Virus record (IMG/VR): IMGVR_UViG_3300012936_000011
Coordinates: 1-62,754 of that record
From: a virus
Lineage: Duplodnaviria; Caudoviricetes
Reading direction: 5' to 3' (one strand)
DNA: 62,754 bases
Below, one piece after another: positions 18,401 to 27,020 of the stretch (position 1 is its first letter; each line of letters starts with the position of its first letter). Both the position numbers and the translations under genes were made by a program. The notes beneath the pieces were generated by a model. That model did not search any database. It saw only the letters and a list, made by a program, of their open reading frames with translations, and was not told where the DNA came from.

Positions 18401-20529
18401 GTGACTTACACGCAGGTGGTAACGATTCTATTGTTGCTAACGACTTTACACAGGTACTATCAGATGGTATTGGTGTATGGTGTACAAACTTAGGTAGAAC
18501 AGAACTTGTTTCCGTGTTCTCATACTACGGACACATTGGATACCTTGCAGAGAACGGCGGTAAGATACGTGCTACTAACGGTAACAGTTCATATGGTGAA
18601 TTTGGTTGTGTATCAGAAGGTGTTGATGCAACTGAAGTTCCAATTATTGCATATGCAGATAACAAAGATAAACAAGCACAGGTTGGTAAAATTTTAACAG
18701 ACGGTGATAGAATTCTTGCATTAGAATATATCAACGCTGGTAGAGAATACGACACTAATGGCGGTAATGCAGTCATTAATATTACTGGCGACGGTTATGG
18801 TTTAGGAACTGTAACACCAACATACAGAACAGCAGGTGTTATGGAAGTAAGATTGCTTAACACTAATGATGAATTTGGTGGAGAAGATTATAAAACAGCA
18901 GGTAACGCCGCACAGATTGGTAATGCAACACAGATTACAATTTCAAACACTGACACTGCAAGTTCAGGTGAATATGTAGGAATGGCAATTTGGATTGAAG
19001 CAGGACTTGGTGCTGGACAATATGGTTACATTGACACATTCAACTCTGGTACAAAAGTTGCTACTATAAGAAAATATTCAGATGGTACAGCAGGTTGGGA
19101 TCATGTATTAGGTGAAAGTATTTTAAGTTTACTTGACAGTACAACAACTTATGTTATTGAACCAAGACTAACATTTAGTACACCAACAGGTGACGGTTCA
19201 AGTACAAGTGTACAAGCGATTGCAAGAGCAAGAGTACAAGACGGAAAAATTAATCAAATTAGAATTATTGAACCAGGACAAGGTTATGATAATTCAGTAA
19301 CAGTTACTATTACAGATCCAAACAATACAACAGAAGCACCTGTACAAGTAAGAATAGGTGATGGTGTATTAGGACAACCAACTTTTGCTGGAGCAAATAA
19401 CAACGGTAGAGGTATTGGTTATGAAACTGCAACTGCACTTGTTACAGCAACACAAATAGAAGCAAACGTTACAGCAATTACAAAAGCAAATCCTTGTGTA
19501 GTAACTTGTGGTGCTGGACATAATATTACACTTGATGGTACAAAAGTAAATATTTCAGAAGTGTTAGGTATGACACGTTTCTTTGATCCAACAACTTTCT
19601 TTGCAAAAGTTGTAGATGCAAATAACATAGAACTATACGAAGATCCTAACTTATCAGTTGCAATTGATACAACAGCACAAGGAAATTATACAACAGGCGG
19701 TAAAGTCAAACACGGTGGTGGACATATGGATAACTTACAAAGTGGTAAGTTTGTACAAGTGTCCGGTTTACGTAACAAACCAAGAGCAGGTTCAAACGTA
19801 GAATTTACAAATCAACCAAACGTATTTTACAAACTTGTTGCAGTTACAAATTTATTAGGTGGAGCAGATGGTCCATTTACAGCACAGTTACAAGTATCAC
19901 CAGATATTCCAGTAGACAATGCTCCTGCACATTTTGAAAGTGCAGAAGTTAGAATTAGATATTCACAAGTACGTCTAACTGGACATGACTTCCTGGACAT
20001 TGGTACAGGTAACTTTACACAAACGAATTATCCAAACCTTCCACTTCAAGATCCACAACCGGATAATGAAACACAAGAAGGTGGTGGCGGTAGAGTATTC
20101 TTTACATCCACTGACCAAGATGGTAACTTTAGAGTTGGTGGCTTGTTTAACGTTGAACAGTCCACTGGTGTTGCGACATTGAATGCAGATGCATTTAATA
20201 TTTCAGGACTACAAGAACTATCTTTGGGTAATATTGCACTTGGTAACACAGGCGCAACAATCAACGAATTTAGCACCGATGGTACATTCTCCGCAAATAG
20301 CGATAGTATTGTACCAACACAAAGAGCAATTAGAACATATATCACGTCACAGATTGGTGGTGGTGCAAGTACACTTAACGTTAACCAAATTATTGCTGGT
20401 TTAGTACAAATTTCCGGTCAGGAAATTACTACAACAACAGTAGTTCCGATTAATGTTAAAGCCCAATTCAACTTCGTTAAAGGAATTGATGGGGCACCTG
20501 TGGCGCTAAATATGTTTTTGATGGGATAA
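15424..20529 (+). CDS. Giant virion structural/fibre protein (paralog of 9160..15381) with 8 CBM5/12-like repeats and two phycobiliprotein-like helical inserts
   Basis: 1701 aa. Same MAEFK..RIRF.W.G.W start and collinear scaffold as 9160..15381; inserts contain NWRRDLG..I...DL..GGN and AACKRDV..YL..V..DL..TGN. Confidence 0.8.
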   Translation: MAEFKLGRIRFIWKGAWTSAKEYFKDDVIRYGGRTYIVQTGHISGNSFDAQISNFNLLADGTEWKGTWALSTVYKPNDVVKYGGLLYIANTGHTSASLASDGLELDQTKWDLFAEGFDWKGEWGVSARYKVNDIVRYGGVMYLCTEEHTSAANLADGLELDSTKWDLFANGLTWRGIWTATTRYRVGDTVRYGGQVYVCNTGHTAGATDADGLEADQAKWDYLHKGIEYKNDWNTGVRYKVNDIVKYGADIWICTAFHTSGATLAADESNWAIFVPGLEFEDSWQNNVNYQPGDVVTYGGYSYIAITNNYGETPYNNATNWELFTTGFTFRGNYDNAFAYKVGDVIRLGGWTYIALADGTGNRPPDNVYWDKLNEGLFWKSTWQDNVYYDKGDVVRGINNVNSYVCVAAHTSEDTGAGQNRPDQDTAGNFWNLLAGGAEVGNLTTRGDLVYYGGSGPTRLPVGAPGQVLKVNEAGTDPEWAYFGQIDAVYYTALDGVDAEVPAAGVTLDKPFRTVNFGLRNIEEGARKPYATKLLKRNKAFIQDETISWIDTQIVNSSSPFTGSFTYTAANWRRDLGTFIDALIWDLSHGGNRKTRKEALAYFDAAADQYYVSNDGVTAEFAAALTFITTLIDDVITQDAPATDYQALRSVATPTLRVTDATLTEEYDAQQILVSLRTIATAALTAGNTSGVPAEIIANDTLFVKTGSFAEVLPMVIPESCAVVGDELRSTKITPAGQLTGSSDNTYSMAGIVHAASIVDDIITNTAITRQTGNTITQNVAAPAGSSAAGTYAANVLTGIKNKIDFVLNANGSDVAMTGSNTPNKTAGFTDAVLRIEENKELIAEDVNRFIIATYPAYTDYISGPNASTLQAACKRDVRRYLEAVQHDLIYTGNYKAQRAAEQYIRSVNGSTLNDMFYVRNGTGLRNCTVQGLNGTLGSVNTYGTKRPTAGAYVSLDPGWGTAHEDVWVKNKSCYVQNVTTFGTGCIGLKIDGDLHAGGNDSIVANDFTQVLSDGIGVWCTNLGRTELVSVFSYYGHIGYLAENGGKIRATNGNSSYGEFGCVSEGVDATEVPIIAYADNKDKQAQVGKILTDGDRILALEYINAGREYDTNGGNAVINITGDGYGLGTVTPTYRTAGVMEVRLLNTNDEFGGEDYKTAGNAAQIGNATQITISNTDTASSGEYVGMAIWIEAGLGAGQYGYIDTFNSGTKVATIRKYSDGTAGWDHVLGESILSLLDSTTTYVIEPRLTFSTPTGDGSSTSVQAIARARVQDGKINQIRIIEPGQGYDNSVTVTITDPNNTTEAPVQVRIGDGVLGQPTFAGANNNGRGIGYETATALVTATQIEANVTAITKANPCVVTCGAGHNITLDGTKVNISEVLGMTRFFDPTTFFAKVVDANNIELYEDPNLSVAIDTTAQGNYTTGGKVKHGGGHMDNLQSGKFVQVSGLRNKPRAGSNVEFTNQPNVFYKLVAVTNLLGGADGPFTAQLQVSPDIPVDNAPAHFESAEVRIRYSQVRLTGHDFLDIGTGNFTQTNYPNLPLQDPQPDNETQEGGGGRVFFTSTDQDGNFRVGGLFNVEQSTGVATLNADAFNISGLQELSLGNIALGNTGATINEFSTDGTFSANSDSIVPTQRAIRTYITSQIGGGASTLNVNQIIAGLVQISGQEITTTTVVPINVKAQFNFVKGIDGAPVALNMFLMG
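15460..16730 (+). repeat. Eight tandem CBM5/12-like peptide repeats
   Basis: YFKDDVIRYGG, YKPNDVVKYGG, YKVNDIVRYGG, YRVGDTVRYGG, YKVNDIVKYGA, YQPGDVVTYGG, YKVGDVIRLGG, YDKGDVVRG. Boundaries approximate. Confidence 0.75.
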
Positions 20530-20542
20530 AGGAGAAACAACT

Positions 20543-20860
20543 ATGGCATCAGGCAGATTGGGAGCATCAGACTTAACTGGAGCAACTGACACCACCGTTT
20601 ATGAAGTGCCAACTGACAACTATGCAGTTGTTACATTATCGGTGTGTAATAGAGGAAATCAAGCAATTGGCGTTAGAGTCGCTGTTGCGGCCGCAAGTAC
20701 CCCTACAGCGGCAGAATACATTGAGTGGGAGACAGAAGTTCTTGCACACGGTGTACTTGAGAGATCGGGGATAGTAATGGACGCAGGAAAGAAACTTGTA
20801 GTTTACTCAAGTTCTGGAAATGTGAGTGCAGTCGCGTTCGGTATTGAGACTGCGGCATAA
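20543..20860 (+). CDS. Small virion/fibre-associated protein
   Basis: 105 aa, SD AAGGAG; similar to 6468..6797. Confidence 0.6.
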   Translation: MASGRLGASDLTGATDTTVYEVPTDNYAVVTLSVCNRGNQAIGVRVAVAAASTPTAAEYIEWETEVLAHGVLERSGIVMDAGKKLVVYSSSGNVSAVAFGIETAA

Positions 20861-20863
20861 ATA
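20856..20863 (+). promoter_or_regulatory. Late promoter CATAAATA overlapping a stop codon
   Basis: TAAATA core 18 nt before the ATG at 20882. Confidence 0.5.
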
Positions 20864-20881
20864 CAATAGAAGGATAACACA

Positions 20882-21208
20882 ATGCGAAGATACATAACAA
20901 CAACTGGAACCGCTGGTACTGTGTTAAGAAGCACAGGAACAAGTATCACAGCCAATGTGAACGATAGAGTATTATGTACATCAGGAGGTATTACAATTAC
21001 ACTTCCTTTAAGTACAAGTCTTTTAGAAAATGACCATATTCAAATCGTTGACGTAACGGGAGCGTTTGCAAGTTCAAACGTAACTGTGGCACGTAACGGG
21101 GCGAAAATCCAGAATTTATCAGAAGATTTAACATTAGATATTAATAACACAGCGGTAACACTTGTGTATACAGGTGCAACATACGGCTGGATTATTAGCG
21201 GAACGTAA
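20882..21208 (+). CDS. Small fibre connector protein (T4 gp9/gp34-type repeat module)
   Basis: ITITLP.......D.I.IVD..G.F...NVTVARNG.KI....EDL.LD.....V.LVY.....GW, a module typical of T4-like fibre/baseplate proteins. Confidence 0.6.
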   Translation: MRRYITTTGTAGTVLRSTGTSITANVNDRVLCTSGGITITLPLSTSLLENDHIQIVDVTGAFASSNVTVARNGAKIQNLSEDLTLDINNTAVTLVYTGATYGWIISGT

Positions 21209-21222
21209 AATAGGAAAAGCGA

Positions 21223-21954
21223 ATGTCATCACTTAGAAGTTTACTCAGCGACATTGAACCGGCAAAGTCAGGCGTACAGCGTCAATTTTGGGTTTGGAAC
21301 GACAGTACAGGTATTGGAAACGGCGGACGATGCTGTTTATGGACTGTACCGGCAAACACGGTCAATGCCACATTTGAGCTCTGGGGCGGTGGTGGCGGTG
21401 GCCATGGAGGTTGCTGTTGTCAATTCCCAAATAGACCAGCGGCTGGAGGCTCATACGCAATTAGAACGATTCAAACAACGGCGGGATGTCAATATACAGT
21501 CTGTTCAGGCGGTTCAACAGTTTGTTGCTGTTTCGGATGTATAGGAGGAAATGGATATCCAAGTTTTGTAACTGGATCGAGCATTCCAACAACTTGTGCA
21601 CCAGGTGGTTGTGCTGGTAAGGCTTGTTGCTTTACTGACTCATACACTTGTCACCCAAGTTTTGTTTGGCAATGTGGAACAGGTGACTGGGGACTACCTC
21701 AGGTATCTGGAAGTGCAAAAAGATCTCAATATTGTCATAATCAAATGTGGGCCTTTATGGGCGGTACACCATTGTTTGGTCATGCAAGAAGAGGTAGAGA
21801 CTGGTGTGCAGGTAACTTTACCAACACTGGATCTTGTTTCCAATGTTTAGCGGAATTCCCTGGAGGGGGAGGCGGCGGCGGAGCGGCCTGCGGAGAACCA
21901 TGCTGTTGGGGCGGCTGGGGAATGTCAGGTGCGGTAAAAGTTAGTTATAGTTAA
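21223..21954 (+). CDS. Cys/Gly-rich putative fibre-tip adhesin 1
   Basis: 243 aa, 24 Cys by my count. Gly-rich domain framework WTVP......FELWGGGGGG...GGSY...FPGGGG...G.V.V.Y. Confidence 0.65.
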   Translation: MSSLRSLLSDIEPAKSGVQRQFWVWNDSTGIGNGGRCCLWTVPANTVNATFELWGGGGGGHGGCCCQFPNRPAAGGSYAIRTIQTTAGCQYTVCSGGSTVCCCFGCIGGNGYPSFVTGSSIPTTCAPGGCAGKACCFTDSYTCHPSFVWQCGTGDWGLPQVSGSAKRSQYCHNQMWAFMGGTPLFGHARRGRDWCAGNFTNTGSCFQCLAEFPGGGGGGGAACGEPCCWGGWGMSGAVKVSYS

Positions 21955-21974
21955 AGGAATATGGAGAAAAAATA

Positions 21975-22685
21975 ATGGCAAACACATTAATTGAAAAAGA
22001 CTTTACATATGATCTTCCAGATGACTATCTTGCCCAAACAAATGCAGACGGCAAAACCGCAAATGCGAAATATAACGGGCCAGATAAGATTTGGATTTTT
22101 ATAGATAAAGACACAGGACGTAGTGATACATCACGTCTTGTACTAACAGAAGAAGAAAATGGTGCAGACTTTCCTGTACCAGAAGATCAATACAAAGTTG
22201 AAGTAGACTGTGCAAAGGATCCAGTGATTTGTTCACTGTTTGATGCAAAAGTTGAATGGGATACAGTAATTGGTCAAACAAATATTGTTGTTAATCTACC
22301 AGATGGTACAACATACGAAAGACCAGATCCAACTGATGTTGATCACACTTACGAATTAGATGAGTGTGCTTACAACAAAGATGGAACATTAGATGCTACA
22401 ACAGGCAAGTACACAGGTGGTACTTGGACAATGAAATGGAAGCAACCGTGGACATCATGGGATCAGTTAATTATTGTAAGAAACAATATGTTAGCAGGTT
22501 CAGATAGCAAAATTGCAGATGATATGCCGGATGCTACCAAGCAAATTTGGTTAGATTACAGACAAGCATTACGTGATTTACCAGCAACATTTAAGCATGG
22601 TACAGCAGATGAAATTCCAGCATACATGGTGAATTTTCCAGTTGAACCAGGCGCAGATATTGCAACAGTAGAGGACGACGAATAA
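21975..22685 (+). CDS. Tail fibre assembly chaperone-like protein
   Basis: C-terminal RNNMLAGSD.......W.DYRQALRDLP motif of phage tail assembly chaperones. Confidence 0.7.
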   Translation: MANTLIEKDFTYDLPDDYLAQTNADGKTANAKYNGPDKIWIFIDKDTGRSDTSRLVLTEEENGADFPVPEDQYKVEVDCAKDPVICSLFDAKVEWDTVIGQTNIVVNLPDGTTYERPDPTDVDHTYELDECAYNKDGTLDATTGKYTGGTWTMKWKQPWTSWDQLIIVRNNMLAGSDSKIADDMPDATKQIWLDYRQALRDLPATFKHGTADEIPAYMVNFPVEPGADIATVEDDE

Positions 22686-22686
22686 G

Positions 22687-23427
22687 ATGTCAAGTTTAAG
22701 AACCCTATTACAATACGGAACTTCTGCTTCAGGTTCAACACCGTTAAGAAGTTTGAGAGTTTATAACACGAATATTACTTCACAAAACAACGGCGGAAGT
22801 TGTTGTGTGTGGACAGTACCGGCAGGCGCTGACTGGGCTTCATTTGAAGTGTGGGGCGGCGGTGGACCAGGTGCTGGTGTGTGTTGTTGCCAACAAGGTT
22901 GGTCCGGCGGTTCGGGTTCTTATGGTAGACGAATTATTGAAACGTCAGCAGGCGAACAATTTACAATTTGTGCAGGTGGTACTACTTGTTGTCATTCAAG
23001 ATGTTATTCTTGTAAAGGATTTCCAAGTTATGTATGTGGACCAAACGGATTTTGTATGTGTTCATCAGGTGGATCAGAAGCGGCTTCAAAATGTTTTTGG
23101 AGTCAAAACTGTTCATACAGCGGATGTCAAATGTTTAACTGCGGATGTGTTAATGGAGCAACTTTAGCAATTTGTGGTACAACTGGAGGCGGACATGGAT
23201 CTGCTCACTGTGCAAGTGATATGCACCAGTTTATACCAAGTGCACCATTTACATCACATACACGTATGTCAAGAAGCGGTTGTTATAAAACGGATGGTCA
23301 AGGACAAGGTGACCATGGTGTGTTCCCAGGAGGCGGTGGCGCTTCAGGTGTAACGCATAACGAAACTTGTTATTGTGGAGCAAAAGGAATGGGCGGGTTA
23401 GTAACAGTTTACTACACGTCAACATAG
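22687..23427 (+). CDS. Cys/Gly-rich putative fibre-tip adhesin 2
   Basis: 246 aa, 23 Cys; collinear paralog (NGG.CC.WTVP, FEVWGGGG..G.CCCQ). Confidence 0.65.
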   Translation: MSSLRTLLQYGTSASGSTPLRSLRVYNTNITSQNNGGSCCVWTVPAGADWASFEVWGGGGPGAGVCCCQQGWSGGSGSYGRRIIETSAGEQFTICAGGTTCCHSRCYSCKGFPSYVCGPNGFCMCSSGGSEAASKCFWSQNCSYSGCQMFNCGCVNGATLAICGTTGGGHGSAHCASDMHQFIPSAPFTSHTRMSRSGCYKTDGQGQGDHGVFPGGGGASGVTHNETCYCGAKGMGGLVTVYYTST

Positions 23428-23442
23428 GAGTTATAGGATAGT

Positions 23443-24165
23443 ATGTCAACATTAAGAGATTTTTTATTCGGTTACGATGATCCAAAGGCAATTCCAAGAG
23501 AGTTTGCGGTTTATAATACATCTACAACTTCTCCAAACAACGGTGGAAGATGTTGTTTATGGACTGTTCCAGCAGGAAGTGCATATGCGGTTTTTGAAAT
23601 TTGGGGTGGTGGCGCCGCTGGTGACGGTGGATGTTGTTGCCAAATGGGATATCCATCATCAGGTGGAAGTTATGGACAACGTGCATTAGACGTAAGTCCA
23701 GGACAACAATACACAATTTGTGCGGCAGGTTCAACTTGCTGTAGACAAAAAGGAAACTGTCAAATAGGTTGTGACTCATACGTATGTAGATCAGGTAACT
23801 GGTGTGCAAGAGCGTGTGGAGGTAGAGTTTTAAGAACAGAATGTTTCATGTATAGAACGTGTTATTCATGTTGTAGAATGAGATATTGTGTACACGGACA
23901 CAGTGGTATGGACTTTGGAGTTGGATTAACACAAGCGACTTCACAGTTAAGTCAATACTGTCATGATAGAGGTAATATGATGACAACTGGTTCTTATGGT
24001 AACCCAGGATTTAGAAACGGACCTAACGGTTGTTGTGCTTGGGGTGGATCACAAGGCTTTGGACTATTTCCAGGTGGTGGCGGAATGTCAGCACAGGCAT
24101 ATGGTGAAGTTTGTTGTTGTGGATCTCCAGGTGCAGGTGGATTAGTATACGTGGTCTACTATTAA
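23443..24165 (+). CDS. Cys/Gly-rich putative fibre-tip adhesin 3
   Basis: 240 aa, 24 Cys; collinear paralog. Confidence 0.65.
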   Translation: MSTLRDFLFGYDDPKAIPREFAVYNTSTTSPNNGGRCCLWTVPAGSAYAVFEIWGGGAAGDGGCCCQMGYPSSGGSYGQRALDVSPGQQYTICAAGSTCCRQKGNCQIGCDSYVCRSGNWCARACGGRVLRTECFMYRTCYSCCRMRYCVHGHSGMDFGVGLTQATSQLSQYCHDRGNMMTTGSYGNPGFRNGPNGCCAWGGSQGFGLFPGGGGMSAQAYGEVCCCGSPGAGGLVYVVYY

Positions 24166-24178
24166 GAGGAAGAATATA

Positions 24179-25138
24179 ATGGCATATATTAGAAAACAAT
24201 TTAACTATCCTAAACCAGACGAATACCTTGGACAGTTCGATAACGAACAACTTGAAGGAACTCATACATATGAAGGTCCTGAAACAATGTGGGTATTCAT
24301 TGACAATGCAACTAACAGAATTGCTCCAACAGGATACATGGAAGAAGAAGATGGATTAGACTTTAATCCACCAATTAACTTAAGAAAAGTTTTAGTAGAC
24401 TGTAATGAAAATCCAATTATTTGTTCTTTAATGGAACAAGATCATGATGATGAAGAGCATGAAACAATTTCTGAAACATTGCCAAATGGTGTAGAGTATG
24501 TTACATACGCTGATCCTCCACCAGATCATACATATGAAAAATTTGACATTGAATGTAATTCAAATAACGAATTTATTAAAGTAAAGAGTAGCACAAAAGG
24601 TGGAACTCCACACTATCCATGGAAACAGCCACATATTAAATGGCCACACTTACGTAGACACAGAACTTCACTATTAGGTTGGAGTGATGATAAAATGAAT
24701 GCAGATATGCCTGCAGATTTATTAACTGCTTGGAAAGATTATAGACAAGCATTAAGAGATATTCCAGTAAGTTATGGAGACAGTTTTGCTGTTGATATTA
24801 CTGCTGGTGGTTCTAACTACGAAGTAGGTGACAAAATTAAATTTGCAAAAGCAACTTTAGATAATTTTATAATTGCTGACGAACTTATTGCTACTGTAAG
24901 CACAGTAAACAGTGGTGCTATTACTGCAATCACTTTAAGCAGTAACCAAGCAATTAATGATGGTGCAGACATTGTGATGGGTAGAGAAGCAAAAGAATTT
25001 GCTGATGCTACATACACATACGAAGCAAAAGACGGCGGTGCTGACGCAGGTACAGGTGCTAAATTTAAAGTACACAAATGTCAGCGTTATGCGGCTTGGA
25101 AAGTAGACGTTCCACGCTCACCTTGCGGTACTGCATAA
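24179..25138 (+). CDS. Tail fibre assembly chaperone-like protein with an inserted beta-sandwich repeat
   Basis: Paralog of 21975..22685 (Y.GP...W.FID, VDC...P.ICSL, DHTYE, WKQP, YRQALRD.P) plus a GSNYEVGDKI insert. Confidence 0.65.
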   Translation: MAYIRKQFNYPKPDEYLGQFDNEQLEGTHTYEGPETMWVFIDNATNRIAPTGYMEEEDGLDFNPPINLRKVLVDCNENPIICSLMEQDHDDEEHETISETLPNGVEYVTYADPPPDHTYEKFDIECNSNNEFIKVKSSTKGGTPHYPWKQPHIKWPHLRRHRTSLLGWSDDKMNADMPADLLTAWKDYRQALRDIPVSYGDSFAVDITAGGSNYEVGDKIKFAKATLDNFIIADELIATVSTVNSGAITAITLSSNQAINDGADIVMGREAKEFADATYTYEAKDGGADAGTGAKFKVHKCQRYAAWKVDVPRSPCGTA

Positions 25139-25172
25139 GCATTCAATTCTAAGAAAATTTTACACTCGCATA

Positions 25173-25180
25173 CTTAAATA
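25173..25180 (+). promoter_or_regulatory. Late promoter variant CTTAAATA, probably leaderless transcript
   Basis: TAAATA followed by 5 nt then ATG 25186; no SD. Confidence 0.5.
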
Positions 25181-25185
25181 ATTGC

Positions 25186-26019
25186 ATGAGCAATACAGTT
25201 AGGTTTGCGGGTGCTCAAACTCCCGTTACACAAGATTTAAACAAAAATGTCACAGCAATTAAGACAGCAATTGACTGGGCCGGCGATAATAAGTGCGACT
25301 GGTTAATAACACCTGAAGGTTCACTTACCGGCTACTTTCCTACATTTGATTTAACTCCAACTAACGGTATGGCAGACATTGCTAAAGCGGCATACGAAGT
25401 AATCTCATATGCAAACACAAAAGGTTTGGGATTAGCATTAGGCACATTGTGGACAGATACAGAACATAGAGGCACAATTAGAAGAAACCAAATTAGATAT
25501 TATGACAAACAAGGCGAATTTTTAGGTGCAACAAATAAGCAGTATATTGTAGGTGGAGAAGATAGTCCATCACATAGTTGGGATCAAGTATTAGCAGATC
25601 CTCCAGGAACAATTAAAACACATTATCTTGACGGTGTTAGAACAACGGGTATGATTTGTAATGATTTTTGGGGGAATGGATTTAGATTCAACGCTCCAAG
25701 TTTACCTTTATTAGCAAGTGTACATCAATGTTCTGTAATTTTACATAGTACAAATGGCGATAGAGGCAATGATGCTGATCAGTTATGGATGGATTGGCAC
25801 GATGTACATTTACGAATGATGAGTCATGTGTATAGAATTCCTATTATTACTGTTGATAGTTGTTGTGATAAGTTTGGTGAGAACGAACATTTACCTACAA
25901 GTTCACAAAGCGGAGTTTTGGTAAACGGCGAATACGTGGTCAAAGTACCAAGAACAGGACAACAACATTTTTATTGGGATTATTTCAAGAATGAAATTGA
26001 TCTTAAGGACACACAATAA
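25186..26019 (+). CDS. Carbon-nitrogen hydrolase (nitrilase superfamily)
   Basis: Glu-Lys-Cys triad motifs: LITPEGSLTGY, NKQYI, GMICNDFW. Confidence 0.85.
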   Translation: MSNTVRFAGAQTPVTQDLNKNVTAIKTAIDWAGDNKCDWLITPEGSLTGYFPTFDLTPTNGMADIAKAAYEVISYANTKGLGLALGTLWTDTEHRGTIRRNQIRYYDKQGEFLGATNKQYIVGGEDSPSHSWDQVLADPPGTIKTHYLDGVRTTGMICNDFWGNGFRFNAPSLPLLASVHQCSVILHSTNGDRGNDADQLWMDWHDVHLRMMSHVYRIPIITVDSCCDKFGENEHLPTSSQSGVLVNGEYVVKVPRTGQQHFYWDYFKNEIDLKDTQ

Positions 26020-26048
26020 GTAATTAAAACAAAGGATTAACAAACACA

Positions 26049-27020
26049 ATGTCAAAAAGAAACACAGCCTTTTTTATTAATGGTGGAGCAGGTAGAGTTA
26101 TTACTTCAATTCCTGCACTGGAAAAGTATCACGAAGAAAACCCAGATGATAATTTTATTTTAGTATGCGAAGGTGGAACTGATTTTTACAAAGGTCATCC
26201 TGTGCTACACAAAAAAGCATATGATGTATGGCACAAAAACTTATTTGAAGATAAGTTAAAAGATATGAATCTTGTAACACCAGAACCATATAGAGTATTT
26301 GAATATTATAATCAACAAGCAAGTTTAGCACAATGCTATGACATTGAAATAAACAAAAAAGGTGTGCGTGAACTTCCAAGGCCAACATTAAAGTTAAGTT
26401 CACAAGAATTAATGACTGGTCAAAAGTTAATCCAAGAAGTAAAAGAAAAAACTAAAAAAGATAAAGTAATTGTATTTCAAGCATTTGGTAGAGGAACTAT
26501 TCACGAAAACGGAATGATTATTGATCCAAGTGGAAGAAGTTTTGAAGCAGAAAATGCAGTTAACATTATTAAAGAATTATCTAAAACATATGGCATTATC
26601 TTTATGAGTGAGATTGCTATTGAGTTTCAAAAGCACGGAGTGAAGCAACCTGTTGCTATTCCACAAAACATTGAATTAAGATTCTGGGCAGGTATTATGC
26701 AGGCGGCAGATCACTTCCTTGGTTGTGATAGTGTTGGACAGCATATGATCTATGCACTTGATAAAACTGCAACAGTAGTTATTGGCTCTACATTTAAAGA
26801 AAATATTTCATATCCAAACGATGAAAAGTTTGACATTCTTGATATGGGCGAAGGTGCAAGAGTATATTCTCCTATTAGAATTACTCATGATGAATTGTCT
26901 GATAGAACTAACGAAGGTATTATGTTTATGAACGACAAGATTGAAGAAGTTGTTTGTAATTCAGTACATAAGATGATTAAGAATGGAAAACGAGATCCTG
27001 AAGACAAAGAAAAAGAATAG
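26049..27020 (+). CDS. GT9-like glycosyltransferase (ADP-heptose heptosyltransferase fold)
   Basis: N-terminal GGAGRVITSIPAL and C-terminal ADHFLGCDSVGQHMIYALDKTATVVIGST match the WaaC/WaaF patterns (GD....PAL; DSG..H...AL......G.T). Confidence 0.7.
   Translation: MSKRNTAFFINGGAGRVITSIPALEKYHEENPDDNFILVCEGGTDFYKGHPVLHKKAYDVWHKNLFEDKLKDMNLVTPEPYRVFEYYNQQASLAQCYDIEINKKGVRELPRPTLKLSSQELMTGQKLIQEVKEKTKKDKVIVFQAFGRGTIHENGMIIDPSGRSFEAENAVNIIKELSKTYGIIFMSEIAIEFQKHGVKQPVAIPQNIELRFWAGIMQAADHFLGCDSVGQHMIYALDKTATVVIGSTFKENISYPNDEKFDILDMGEGARVYSPIRITHDELSDRTNEGIMFMNDKIEEVVCNSVHKMIKNGKRDPEDKEKE

Noticed and set aside
21223-24165. Stop-codon recoding or selenocysteine in the Cys-rich genes
   Set aside because: The ORFs are uninterrupted under the standard code and end in TAA or TAG at matching positions in all three paralogs.
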